Of a stretch of 64,000 nucleotides of DNA, positions 34,575 to 44,258 are shown in pieces (positions within the stretch are counted from its first letter, which is position 1; each line of letters starts with the position of its first letter). The stretch is from NCBI GenBank assembly GCA_012837765.1, contig DUQO01000018.1, forward strand, positions 16,014 to 80,013. Reading direction: 5' to 3'. The position numbers and the translations under genes were made by a program. Below the pieces are notes generated by a model, which saw only the letters and a program-made list of their open reading frames with translations, had not been told where the DNA came from and did no database searches. Origin of the DNA: Mollicutes bacterium (GTDB lineage Bacteria > Bacillota_I > Bacilli_A > RF39 > UBA660).

Positions 34575-34895
34575 AATTTCACCTCCCTTTTTGTCTCACA
34601 TATTATATATGATTTTTTAAAATTTTACTAGTTAAAAATTATTGATTATAATTATAAAAAATAGTACCACATTTTTTGTGATACTATTTTATGTTTAATT
34701 CGTTATATCTAACAATTTAAAAAGTTATCTTACAATTTTTTAAATTCAAGTCCTTTTAACACTACTTTAAAATGAACTTTTTTTTGAATTATCTATCATA
34801 ATTGATATACCTGGTACTGCTATTGCGAGTATTACAGCTAAAAGTTATACCAAGGTAAACTTTTTTTAAACTTATCACTCTATTATAATTATAAT

Positions 34896-37436
34896 TTAAA
34901 GTCCTTCTCCAACAGATAAGACAGCACGAAAGCCATAACCACCACCAAACTCAGCACCCATAAAATATTCAAAATTGAAAGGACCCGCAGAGGCACCACT
35001 ACCATAATAACCACCGCGAATAAACCAAGGATTACTGTTATTTGCCATATAAGAATAGTCTCCATACCATGATGTTGAGCCTGTTCCCACATTACTTGTC
35101 TCATAAAGTGCATCGCCTTTAGACGATATAGTTAATTTATAATTTTCTGTTTGATTATCCGTTTCAGCTACTTCATATACATCTTTATATTTAGAGTGTG
35201 ATATGTAAGCACTTTCACCATATACTGTTAAATATACGTGTGAATTATCTACATAGGCGGATAAATATTCCCAGGCTCCTCCTGACATATCATATATACC
35301 TGTTATATTTCCTGTTGTACTTGCCTTTACTCCATCAGTTGTATGGTACTCATTACAGATACTTTCATTTGTTGCATTTACTCCACTACCTGCACATCCT
35401 GTTTTATTTGAAGTGTTTGAATTATTCCATATTTCATTTGGATTACCATACTGTGATTTAGATAGATATGCTACTGCGCCCCATTCGGTATTCTTCATCA
35501 TATGGGTATCTATTCCATTACCACTGGTTCCCCAGCCATAGATTGAATTAGTTTCCATACTCCTTACTTTGTTAAATATATTATTTACTGATATGTATCT
35601 CCATGAAATTACTCCTGGTACTATTTTAACATTGTTACTTCCGTCATTGCTTGACTCAAATTTTCCTACCCAAATTCCTGTAAGTTCAACACCACCAAAG
35701 GTGAAAGCTGGATGACTTGTCCATGTTCCATTAGAGTCTGTTGCACGCCCTGTATTTACTAATGTTACTGTGCCTCCTAATGTATCATCTATACCTTTAC
35801 TAAATTGAACCTCGATTGTTCCTGTACTAGATGAATGCCATCCTGATGTAATCCTATATATATATCTTGGGATCCAGACCCACATTGAACCATCAGCTGT
35901 TTTAGCATTAGCCCACATCATTTCATCATAATTATACCATTCAGAATCTGACAAACTTGTATTAACCCAGGTTGTTCCATTCCATTTAATTGGGATCATT
36001 CCTTCTGCTAAAATAGGAGCGTTTGCTATACTTTTTTCACGAACATCTATTATTCTTTTAATACTCGTCTTATTTCCACTAAAATCACTAACTACATATT
36101 CAATTTTGTATGTTCCAGGTTTATTTATATTTAAATTACTAATTTTAATTATTTTGTCTGTTATATCCCCATCTACATTATCAATTGCTGTAGCTCCTGC
36201 ATCTACATACTCTTCACCAACATATAGATTTATTAAATTATCACCTAACAATGTGATTACAGGTTTTTCTCTATCAACACTAACAATGTCTTTTATCACA
36301 TATGGATTATCAAATTCACCTGTTCCTCTATCAATATATATATTTCCTTTTAAATTAATAACAGGTCTTGTGTGAATTGTAGTGTTGGCATCAACAGGAG
36401 CACCTAATGAACCAACAGAATTAACAGTCCATACTTTGGTGGAATTATTATCAGGTGTAAGAGTCCAATAATTATAAAAGTTTTTATATAAATAATTATC
36501 ATTTTTACAACTGATTCCATTATCACCTGATGTTTTATATGCTGTCAAACAATTATTATCTAGACTAGCGTATAAATAATCACTTCCATTTAATAATCCT
36601 ATTGATAAATTTGTTGTTTGTGTTACACATTCATTATTTAAAAATGTTGATTTTGTAACTCCACTAGTGCTATAACCTATTTTTCCAACACACCATTTGT
36701 TCGTTTGTACTTTTGCTTTGTTATTTTCACTTATGTTTGAATTGTACCAATTTTGCAATCTTGTCGCTATAGAAACAGAACTTTTATATTCATTTGTGTT
36801 TGAATTATCAAATGTTCCATTTCCTATATTTCCATTTTGTTCTGTTCCTTCTCCTTTTCGTTTTCCTTCATATATTATTTTTATAGAATCATCATTATTT
36901 ATTTTGACAATGCGCCATAAAGAATCATTAAATTCAATCCAATTTTTAGGATTTAATCCTCTATAATAATAAGTATTATTTGAATAATTAAAATGCAAAC
37001 CTGGAGTAGTTCCTGAAACTACATTAGTTGATTCAGTTAATTTATCAACTAAGAAAATTGGTGCATAACAACCTCTATCTTCATAACAAATAGATAATGT
37101 TTTTTTTGTTTCACGAACAACAAAAATCTTTTTAGTTAAATCAATTTCTTCGTCACTTCTAGGATCTTTAACAGGCAATTTTAATAAATTATCTTCTTTT
37201 AAATCATTTAATGACAAACTATAATAATTATAAGTATCAAGATGTTTTTCTATTTCATCACGGTGTCTTGAAACATATAATCTAGCATTATTTTCAAAAC
37301 TATCTATTAAAATATTATATGAATTTTCCTTAGCATTTCTTATCATTTTAAAAACGCTAGGTATAACAAGAGATGATAATATTACAAGTATAACTATTAC
37401 TGCTAATAATTCAACTAATGTAAATCCCTTTTTCAT
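34896..37436 (-). CDS. Large prepilin-type N-terminal domain protein with DUF5011 Ig-like domain and FGE-sulfatase-like C-terminal domain
   Basis: Class III signal MKKGFTLVELLAVIVIL (G|FTLVE). DUF5011 block PVITLLGDN...GATAIDNVDGDIT...PGTY...VSDFSGN. C-terminal motifs NTEWGAVAY, GIYDMSGGAWEY, PWFIRGGYY and GGGYGFRAV parallel the FGE/SUMF1 blocks. Own promoter and RBS AGGTGA. The ORF-track start is a TTG; the ATG is at 37436. Confidence 0.6.
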   Translation of the reverse strand: MKKGFTLVELLAVIVILVILSSLVIPSVFKMIRNAKENSYNILIDSFENNARLYVSRHRDEIEKHLDTYNYYSLSLNDLKEDNLLKLPVKDPRSDEEIDLTKKIFVVRETKKTLSICYEDRGCYAPIFLVDKLTESTNVVSGTTPGLHFNYSNNTYYYRGLNPKNWIEFNDSLWRIVKINNDDSIKIIYEGKRKGEGTEQNGNIGNGTFDNSNTNEYKSSVSIATRLQNWYNSNISENNKAKVQTNKWCVGKIGYSTSGVTKSTFLNNECVTQTTNLSIGLLNGSDYLYASLDNNCLTAYKTSGDNGISCKNDNYLYKNFYNYWTLTPDNNSTKVWTVNSVGSLGAPVDANTTIHTRPVINLKGNIYIDRGTGEFDNPYVIKDIVSVDREKPVITLLGDNLINLYVGEEYVDAGATAIDNVDGDITDKIIKISNLNINKPGTYKIEYVVSDFSGNKTSIKRIIDVREKSIANAPILAEGMIPIKWNGTTWVNTSLSDSEWYNYDEMMWANAKTADGSMWVWIPRYIYRITSGWHSSSTGTIEVQFSKGIDDTLGGTVTLVNTGRATDSNGTWTSHPAFTFGGVELTGIWVGKFESSNDGSNNVKIVPGVISWRYISVNNIFNKVRSMETNSIYGWGTSGNGIDTHMMKNTEWGAVAYLSKSQYGNPNEIWNNSNTSNKTGCAGSGVNATNESICNEYHTTDGVKASTTGNITGIYDMSGGAWEYLSAYVDNSHVYLTVYGESAYISHSKYKDVYEVAETDNQTENYKLTISSKGDALYETSNVGTGSTSWYGDYSYMANNSNPWFIRGGYYGSGASAGPFNFEYFMGAEFGGGYGFRAVLSVGEGL

Positions 37437-37464
37437 CAATTAAATCACCTATTTTCCTGAATTA

Positions 37465-37493
37465 ATGATACCTTTAAAGTTTCTTTAAGTCAA
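37465..37493 (-). promoter_or_regulatory. Promoter of the prepilin-like gene (TTGACT-17-TATCAT)
   Basis: Lies just downstream of the dnaN terminator on the minus strand. Confidence 0.5.
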
Positions 37494-37518
37494 GAAAAAG
37501 AACTTATTAATAAGTTCT
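37490..37518 (-). terminator. Terminator overlapping the dnaN stop codon
   Basis: Perfect 20-bp palindrome AGAACTTATTAATAAGTTCT followed by a T5 run on the minus strand. Confidence 0.6.
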
Positions 37519-38631
37519 AACAGGTACTATTAATTGAATTAAACTTTCATCATTTAAAGCTTTAATTATAAATTGTTTAGTTTCATTTATTAATAACATT
37601 TTTATTTTTTCACTTTGGAAACTTTTTAAAGCTTCCATCATAAACCTTGCATTAAAAGAAATTTTTAAATTATTATTATTATTTTTTTCAACAATTATTC
37701 GTTCTTCTACTTTTCCAACTTGAAGTGTATCACATGAAGTAATCAATTCGTTGTTTGTAATTTTCATTTGAATTATATTTTTATCTGTATCACTTAATAA
37801 AGATGTTCTATCTATTATATTATATAACTCATCTAAATTAACTATTACTTCTATATTGTGTTCGGTTGGAATTAAAGTACTAATATTTGGAAAAGTACCA
37901 TTTAATAATCTAGATTGAAATAATAAATTATCAAATTTAAATATTATTTTATTATTAAAAATATGTAATTCAATCTTTTCATCTTCATTTAATAACTTAG
38001 ATAATTCAATTAAACTACTTTTTGGAATAACTATGTCTATATTATCATTAATGGAATTATCTAAGTTTATTTTTTTAACTGCTAATCTATAAGAATCAGT
38101 TGCTACAGCTTCTAAGATATCACCATCTATTTTTATATTTATACCAGTTAAAATTGGTCTGGATTCTTGCATTGAAGCTGCAAAAGATGTTTGATTAATA
38201 ATGTTAAGTAAATGTTTTTGCTCAAGAATAATTGGAGTTTTAATAAGATCAAGGTTATAATCTGGAAATTCAGTTGCATCTATTCCATTTAAGTTATATT
38301 CTGATGATGGAGTGGTAATTAAAATTTTTAAACCATCTGTTTCTAAATTAATTATTTCGTGAGGAATTTTTCTTGTTATATCAAGTATATATCTTCCTGG
38401 TATAACTATACTTCCAGTTTCATTTATCTCTTGGATATTACTTTTATCTATAAAAGTTTTAATAACAATACTTTCATCACTAGCTTCTAAATATAAACCA
38501 TTTTCATTTAGTGTAAATTTAATACCTGCTAAAACAGGAATAACATTTTTAGTTGATACAGCTCTTGCTACATAATTTAAATTACTTAACAAAATATCCT
38601 TTTTAATTTTTAATTTCATTTTTTCCTCCAT
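37507..38631 (-). CDS. dnaN: DNA polymerase III beta sliding clamp
   Basis: 374 aa immediately downstream of dnaA, beta-clamp three-domain length. Confidence 0.9.
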   Translation of the reverse strand: MEEKMKLKIKKDILLSNLNYVARAVSTKNVIPVLAGIKFTLNENGLYLEASDESIVIKTFIDKSNIQEINETGSIVIPGRYILDITRKIPHEIINLETDGLKILITTPSSEYNLNGIDATEFPDYNLDLIKTPIILEQKHLLNIINQTSFAASMQESRPILTGINIKIDGDILEAVATDSYRLAVKKINLDNSINDNIDIVIPKSSLIELSKLLNEDEKIELHIFNNKIIFKFDNLLFQSRLLNGTFPNISTLIPTEHNIEVIVNLDELYNIIDRTSLLSDTDKNIIQMKITNNELITSCDTLQVGKVEERIIVEKNNNNNLKISFNARFMMEALKSFQSEKIKMLLINETKQFIIKALNDESLIQLIVPVRTY

Positions 38632-38743
38632 TTTTATTATTATTTAAATAATATTATTATTATTATTGTTGTTGATAATGTTGATAAGATGTTTAAAGCT
38701 TTAAATTAAAGACTTTTAGAAATATAAAACTGTTTATAATTTG
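38632..38743. promoter_or_regulatory. oriC part between dnaA and dnaN: two abutting DnaA boxes plus an AT-rich unwinding region
   Basis: TGTTGATAA at 38670-38678 and again at 38679-38687 (TTATCAACA on the minus strand), flanked by (ATT)n runs. Confidence 0.7.
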
Positions 38744-40135
38744 TTATTTCAATTGTTGAATTAAATTGTCAATCATATTTTTTATTTCTTTATTACATTT
38801 TATATCACGTTCTATTTTATCGCAAGCATGAATTACAGTTGAATGATTTTTTCCACCAAACTCCATTCCTATTTTAATGAAAGATTCATCTGTTAATTTC
38901 CTTGATAAATACATAGCAACTTGTCTTGGATAAGAAATTTCATAAGTTCTTCGGTTTGATTTTAAATCATCAACCCTAACCTTATAAAATTCAGCTACGG
39001 TTTTTTGAATTCGATGAATATCATTTTTTAATGATAATGATTTGTTTAAATAATCTTTTAAAGCTTCAATTGCAACATCTAAATTGATTTTTGGAACATT
39101 AAACATAGTTGCATAAGCATATATTCTTGTTAAAGCTCCTTCTAATTGCCTAACATCAGCTTGAAAGTTATTAGCTACATATTCTAAAACGTCGTTTGTA
39201 ATTGTTTTACTTAAATCCCTGTTGATCATTTTCTTTTTCAAAATATTAATTCTAAGTTCATAATCAGGAGGGTAAATATTAACTTTAAGCCCCCAATTAA
39301 ATCTCGTTACAAGTCTTTCTTCCAATAGTTTTAAATCATCTGGTGAACGATCTGATGAAATAATAATTTGTTTATTATCATCATATAAATCATTAAATGT
39401 ATGGAAAAATTCTTGTTGTGATGCAGGAGCACCACTAAGCATTTGAATATCATCAATAATAAGAACATCAATATTTCTATATTTATCTTTAAAATACTCT
39501 ATATAATCATAATTAGTACCATTACTATCTCTTTTTGTTAAGTTAAGAAAATCAGATACAAATTTTTCGCTTGTTACATATAAAACCTTTTTATTTGTAT
39601 TTTTTACTATATAATTTCCAATAGCATGCATTAGATGTGTTTTACCAAGTCCACTATTTCCATATATAAATAAAGGATTATATGCTTTACCAGGGTTTTC
39701 TGCAACAGAAACCGCAGCAGCATGTGCAAAAAAGTTGCTTTCTCCTACAATAAAATTATCAAATATATATTTTGTATTTAAATTAGCTTGAATAGGATCA
39801 TTATATGGAACACCAATATTATCATTATTTGAAATTTGTTTCTTTTTAACATTTATTTCTTCTTCTAAAATAAATTGAAATTCAAAATTAGTTCCTGTTA
39901 CTTCATTAAATGTTTCGACTATTAAATCAATATAATTGTCATTCAAGTGTTTTTTATGAACATGCATAGGAACAATAACTTTTGCAATTCCATTATCCAA
40001 TTCATATAATTTAGTACCTTTAAACCAAGTATCAAAAGGAAGGGAAGTAAGCTTAGAACGAATAATGTTTAAAAAGTTTTGCCATATAGTATCTTTATCC
40101 ATTTTTATCACATCCTTGTTTACATCTAATATCAT
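38744..40135 (-). CDS. dnaA: Chromosomal replication initiator DnaA
   Basis: AAA+ motifs GNSGLGKTHL and box VII, C-terminal DNA-binding domain, 463 aa. Confidence 0.95.
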   Translation of the reverse strand: MILDVNKDVIKMDKDTIWQNFLNIIRSKLTSLPFDTWFKGTKLYELDNGIAKVIVPMHVHKKHLNDNYIDLIVETFNEVTGTNFEFQFILEEEINVKKKQISNNDNIGVPYNDPIQANLNTKYIFDNFIVGESNFFAHAAAVSVAENPGKAYNPLFIYGNSGLGKTHLMHAIGNYIVKNTNKKVLYVTSEKFVSDFLNLTKRDSNGTNYDYIEYFKDKYRNIDVLIIDDIQMLSGAPASQQEFFHTFNDLYDDNKQIIISSDRSPDDLKLLEERLVTRFNWGLKVNIYPPDYELRINILKKKMINRDLSKTITNDVLEYVANNFQADVRQLEGALTRIYAYATMFNVPKINLDVAIEALKDYLNKSLSLKNDIHRIQKTVAEFYKVRVDDLKSNRRTYEISYPRQVAMYLSRKLTDESFIKIGMEFGGKNHSTVIHACDKIERDIKCNKEIKNMIDNLIQQLK

Positions 40136-40507
40136 TTTACCTTATTTTATAACGTTTTGAACAAAAAAAGTGAAAAAACCTACAAAAAAAGAGTTGTTAA
40201 CATACTTATCAACACCAAAAACCTTATATTTGTAATAAAAAGAAGAGTTATCAACAAAATGTTGTTGATAATAACTTTTTTTATAATAAATTTGATTGTT
40301 GATATTGTTAATAACTCATCAAAACTTATAATAAAAGAAAAAAATTAAAAAAATATCAACAAAAAACCTAATTTATTTTGTCAATAATAAATATTTATCA
40401 ACAAGGAAAATTTTTTTTTAAAAAGAAATAATAAAATAAACCAATATCTTTTATTGACAATGAAGATGTGTTTAATTATAATGTTAATGAATGTGGAGGT
40501 GTATTAA
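40136..40507. promoter_or_regulatory. oriC part upstream of dnaA: cluster of DnaA boxes, plus the divergent dnaA and rpmH promoters
   Basis: TTATCAACA at 40206, 40248 and 40395. TGTTGATAA at 40263. One-mismatch boxes at 40297 and 40353. rpmH promoter TTGACA-17-TATAAT at 40455-40483. Confidence 0.8.
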
Positions 40508-40636
40508 ATGAAAAGACCTTTTCAACCAAATAAAAGAAAAGCTAAAAAGAAACATGGTTTTTTTGCTAGAAAAGAAGGAAAAGGAAAAATTCTAAAAAGA
40601 AGAAGAGTAAAAGGACGTAAAAGACTTTCTAAATAA
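40508..40636 (+). CDS. rpmH: 50S ribosomal protein L34
   Basis: My translation MKRPFQPNKRKAKKKHGFFARKEGKGKILKRRRVKGRKRLSK; RBS GGAGGTG. Below the ORF-track size cutoff. Confidence 0.85.
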   Translation: MKRPFQPNKRKAKKKHGFFARKEGKGKILKRRRVKGRKRLSK

Positions 40637-40674
40637 ATCCACAAGATGTGGCTTTTTTAGTATGAGGTGATGAA

Positions 40675-41013
40675 ATGAAAAAAATAAATATCATCCGCAA
40701 ATCAAAAGAGTTTGCAAAAATGATTAAAAATCGTCATTATTATAGTAATCGTTTTTTTATTATATATATAATGAAAAAGAGTGAAAAATATTTTCGTTTC
40801 GGCATCTCTATACCAAAAAAAGTAGGAAAAAGTGTAATTCGAAACAAAATTAAAAGACAAATAAAAAGCATTATCGATAATAATAAAAAATTTAATAGGG
40901 ATTTAGACTATGTTATAATAGTAAGGAAAGAAATATTAAATTTAAAATACAAGGAAATGGCTGAAAGTCTTAATTTGTTATTATCAAAAATTGATGGAGA
41001 GTGTAAAAAATGA
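40675..41013 (+). CDS. rnpA: RNase P protein component
   Basis: 112 aa basic protein after rpmH; pattern ...IRKSKEF... Confidence 0.85.
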   Translation: MKKINIIRKSKEFAKMIKNRHYYSNRFFIIYIMKKSEKYFRFGISIPKKVGKSVIRNKIKRQIKSIIDNNKKFNRDLDYVIIVRKEILNLKYKEMAESLNLLLSKIDGECKK

Positions 41014-41930
41014 GAAGAAACAAAATAATATTATTGATTTTAGTTTTATTTACTATAACAGGATGTACAACATATATAAAAGATGAAAACAACAAAGGAG
41101 TAAAATATGAATTAACAGGACAAAACTTACCATCAAATATTTTATGTAAACCAACTGATAAAGATGTAATTGAAATATATGAAAAGTATGAAATCGATAT
41201 TAAATCTCTACCAGAATGTAATGAATTTAAAATAAGTGATGGTGGATATGAAGGTTTATGGAATAGTGTTTTTGTAAAACCATTAGCTTGGTCAATATTA
41301 AAACTTGGATCTTTAATTAAAAATTATGGTTTATCTTTAATGATTATAGGATTTTTAATAAGATTAGCAATGTATCCTGTAACAAAAGGAACAGCTATGC
41401 AATCAGAAAAATTAGCGAAAGCTAAACCAGAGATGGAACAAATTGAAAAAAAATATAAAGATAAAACAAGTCAAGAAGATATGATGAAAAAAAGTCAAGA
41501 AATGATGGTTGTTTATCAAAAATATAAGATTAATCCATTATCAAGTTGTTTATTTGCTCTTCTACAATTACCATTATTCTTTGCTTTTTTAGAAGCTGTA
41601 AATAGAGTTCCAGCTATATTTGAAGGTAACCTTTTATTCTTTCAACTAGGAACAACTCCTTTAACTGCAATAATAAACAAAGGACAATTTCAATATTTAA
41701 TAATTGTTGCTTTACTTGCAATCGTAACAAAATATTCATTTAAATTAAATAAAACAGCAACAATTGATGCTGAAGCCAATAGACAAATGGATTTTATGAA
41801 CAAATTTTTAATGTTCTTTATTCCATCAGCATCGATGACTATGTCGACAGCTATTTCATTATATTGGATTACATCAAGTACTTTCACGATATTGCAAAAC
41901 ATTATTGTTAAAAGGAGAGAAGTAAAATGA
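41010..41930 (+). CDS. yidC: Membrane protein insertase YidC/SpoIIIJ (lipoprotein)
   Basis: Lipobox FTITGC, 5 TM core, rpmH-rnpA-yidC-jag synteny. Confidence 0.85.
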   Translation: MRRNKIILLILVLFTITGCTTYIKDENNKGVKYELTGQNLPSNILCKPTDKDVIEIYEKYEIDIKSLPECNEFKISDGGYEGLWNSVFVKPLAWSILKLGSLIKNYGLSLMIIGFLIRLAMYPVTKGTAMQSEKLAKAKPEMEQIEKKYKDKTSQEDMMKKSQEMMVVYQKYKINPLSSCLFALLQLPLFFAFLEAVNRVPAIFEGNLLFFQLGTTPLTAIINKGQFQYLIIVALLAIVTKYSFKLNKTATIDAEANRQMDFMNKFLMFFIPSASMTMSTAISLYWITSSTFTILQNIIVKRREVK

Positions 41931-42532
41931 ATATATACTCATATGAAGGAAGGAATATAGATGATGTAAAAGAAAAGGCATTATCAGAATTAGGAAAAAA
42001 TGAGGAAGATCTTTTTATTAATGTTATAGAAGATGAAGCTGGACTATTTAAAACAAAAAGAGTTAGATTAGAAATAATATCTAAAGAAGAATTGTTAGAA
42101 TATTTAAAAGGTACTTTAATTGATATAGTAAACAAAATGGGGATAGAGGCAAGAGTTGAGGCAAAAAAAAGAAAAGATAATTTTAAATTTACTCTTTTTT
42201 CAAATAATAATTCAATTCTTATTGGTAAGGGTGGCCGAACAATAGAAAGTTTACAAATAATTATAAGACATATTGTATCAAATAAAATCAAACTTCCTAT
42301 TAACATTACATTAGATGTTGAAGATTATAGGGAAAAGCAAATAAAAAAATTAGAATTTTTAGCTAGAAAAACAGCTAAAGAAGTATTAGCAACAGGAATA
42401 GATGTAAAATTAGATTCTATGAATTCATATGAAAGAAGAATAGTACATGAAGAGGTTGCCAAAATAGAAGGTGTTCATACAATTAGTGAAGGTGAAGAGC
42501 CAAATCGTTATGTAGTAATAAAAGTAAATTAA
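41927..42532 (+). CDS. khpB: Jag/KhpB RNA-binding protein (KH plus R3H)
   Basis: KH-like GKGGRTIESLQ and R3H YERRIVHEEV. Confidence 0.8.
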   Translation: MNIYSYEGRNIDDVKEKALSELGKNEEDLFINVIEDEAGLFKTKRVRLEIISKEELLEYLKGTLIDIVNKMGIEARVEAKKRKDNFKFTLFSNNNSILIGKGGRTIESLQIIIRHIVSNKIKLPINITLDVEDYREKQIKKLEFLARKTAKEVLATGIDVKLDSMNSYERRIVHEEVAKIEGVHTISEGEEPNRYVVIKVN

Positions 42533-42562
42533 AAAAGACGAATTTTTTTCGTCTTTTCTTTA
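42533..42562 (+). terminator. Terminator after jag
   Basis: AAAAAGACGAA-ttttttt-CGTCTTTT. Confidence 0.6.
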
Positions 42563-42606
42563 TATTTATATGTCTTTATGTTAAAATAAAAATAGTAGGT
42601 GATAAA

Positions 42607-43050
42607 ATGAAAATAGGTATAGCATCTGATCATAGAGGATATAATTTAAAAGCAAAACTAATAAAATATTTATCCAAAAAAGGATATGAAGCAATTGATT
42701 ATGGAACAGATTCAAGTGAATCAGTTGATTATCCTGATTTTGCTTTTAAGTTAGGTGAAGAATACAATAAAGAATCATTTGATTATGGTATTGCTATTTG
42801 TGGTAATGGAATAGGAATATCAATAGCATGTAATAAAGTAAAAGGTGTAAGATGTGCTAAAGTTGATAGCAAAAAAGAAGCAATTTATGCAAGAAAACAT
42901 AATGATGCAAATATAATATCAATAGGAACAGATAAGTTTTTTTTCGAAATAAAAGATATAGTTGATGCTTTCTTAGATTCTAATTTTACAAATGAAGAAA
43001 GACATGTTAGACGTATTAATAAAATAAAGGATTATGAAAACAAAAAATGA
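42607..43050 (+). CDS. rpiB: Ribose-5-phosphate isomerase B
   Basis: MKIGIASDHRGY... and ICGNGIGISIA (RpiB/LacAB family). Confidence 0.85.
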   Translation: MKIGIASDHRGYNLKAKLIKYLSKKGYEAIDYGTDSSESVDYPDFAFKLGEEYNKESFDYGIAICGNGIGISIACNKVKGVRCAKVDSKKEAIYARKHNDANIISIGTDKFFFEIKDIVDAFLDSNFTNEERHVRRINKIKDYENKK

Positions 43051-43247
43051 ATGTAAAGACTCTTTTATATATTGTTATTGTTCCAATATCAATATGGTTA
43101 GTTTCTTCAATGAAATTAGAAAATTTATTTAAAAAAAAGCGAACATATCAAATTGCAACATTCTATTTATTTTTAGCGTTAGGAATATCTTATTTAGTAG
43201 TGAATTTTATATATGATTTTTATGAAGTATCAAGAATAATACAATAA
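43047..43247 (+). CDS. Small two-TM membrane protein (DUF1146-like)
   Basis: 66 aa, two hydrophobic helices; start overlaps the rpiB stop. Confidence 0.3.
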   Translation: MNVKTLLYIVIVPISIWLVSSMKLENLFKKKRTYQIATFYLFLALGISYLVVNFIYDFYEVSRIIQ

Positions 43248-43248
43248 G

Positions 43249-44199
43249 GTGATGCTTATGAAACAAATAATTTATATTTCACTGCTTCTTATAGCTATTC
43301 CTTTTTTTATTGTCATAATATCATCTTTTGAGGGAGAAATACCAAAAGATGAACAAAAGGAACTAGAAGTTGAAGAAAAAGTATATGTTAGATTAAAAAG
43401 AGAAAAAACAGGAAATATAGAAAAAATAGAATTAGAAGAATATGTGTTGGGAGTATTAGCTGGAGAAATGCCAGTATCTTTTCATATTGAAGCTTTAAAA
43501 GCACAAGCTGTAGCATCACGAAGTTATGTTTTGAAAAGATTAAAATACAACAAAGAAAATGATTATGATGTAGTTGATAGTGTAACAAATCAAGTATATT
43601 TAGATAATTCATATTTAGAAGAAAAATGGTTAGATAAATATAATGAAAATATTGCAAAATTAAAAAAAGCAGTGACTGAAACAAAATTAGAATGTATTTT
43701 TTATGAAGGAGAAATAGCAGATGCTCTTTTTTTCTCTACTAGTAATGGTTTTACAGAAAATAGTGAAGAGATATTTAATAATACTGTTCCATATTTAAGA
43801 AGTGTTGAATCAGTATGGGATGAAAAAACATCTCCTGTTTTTAATGATCAAAAGACATATAACAAAAATGATTTTTATAATATGTTAGGAATAAAAAAGA
43901 GTAAAAAATTAGAAACTAGAATAACTGAGTATTCTGATTCCGGCCGTATAGTAAAAATAAAAATAAATGGTATTGAAATGAAAGGTTCAGATGTAAGAAC
44001 TAAATTAGGTTTAAGATCAACAGATTTTCAAATACAAGAAGAAGGTGAAAAAATAATTATAAAAACTAGCGGATTTGGTCATGGAGTTGGTATGAGTCAA
44101 TATGGAGCTTTAGGAATGGCTAATGAAGGATATAAATATGATGAAATATTAAAATATTATTATCAAGGAATAAGCATTAATAAATATAAAAATAAATAA
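43249..44199 (+). CDS. spoIID: Stage II sporulation protein D (SpoIID/LytB amidase enhancer)
   Basis: YVLGVLAGEMPVSFHIEALKAQAVASRSY matches the SpoIID signature. Confidence 0.85.
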   Translation: MMLMKQIIYISLLLIAIPFFIVIISSFEGEIPKDEQKELEVEEKVYVRLKREKTGNIEKIELEEYVLGVLAGEMPVSFHIEALKAQAVASRSYVLKRLKYNKENDYDVVDSVTNQVYLDNSYLEEKWLDKYNENIAKLKKAVTETKLECIFYEGEIADALFFSTSNGFTENSEEIFNNTVPYLRSVESVWDEKTSPVFNDQKTYNKNDFYNMLGIKKSKKLETRITEYSDSGRIVKIKINGIEMKGSDVRTKLGLRSTDFQIQEEGEKIIIKTSGFGHGVGMSQYGALGMANEGYKYDEILKYYYQGISINKYKNK

Positions 44200-44258
44200 C
44201 TTAATTTTTTTTGTATATTATTCTCATTATTGTTAAAACTCTTAATGAGGTGATATAT

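Noticed and set aside
34889-35113. 74-aa minus-strand ORF
   Set aside because: It is a different frame inside the 3' end of the prepilin-like gene.
40157-40348. 63-aa ORF in the dnaA-rpmH intergenic region
   Set aside because: It lies within the DnaA-box cluster of oriC, and its translation (repeated IN/LI runs) reflects the repeated TTATCAACA boxes.
41690-42306. Minus-strand ORFs 41690-41902 and 41908-42306
   Set aside because: They are antisense to yidC and jag.
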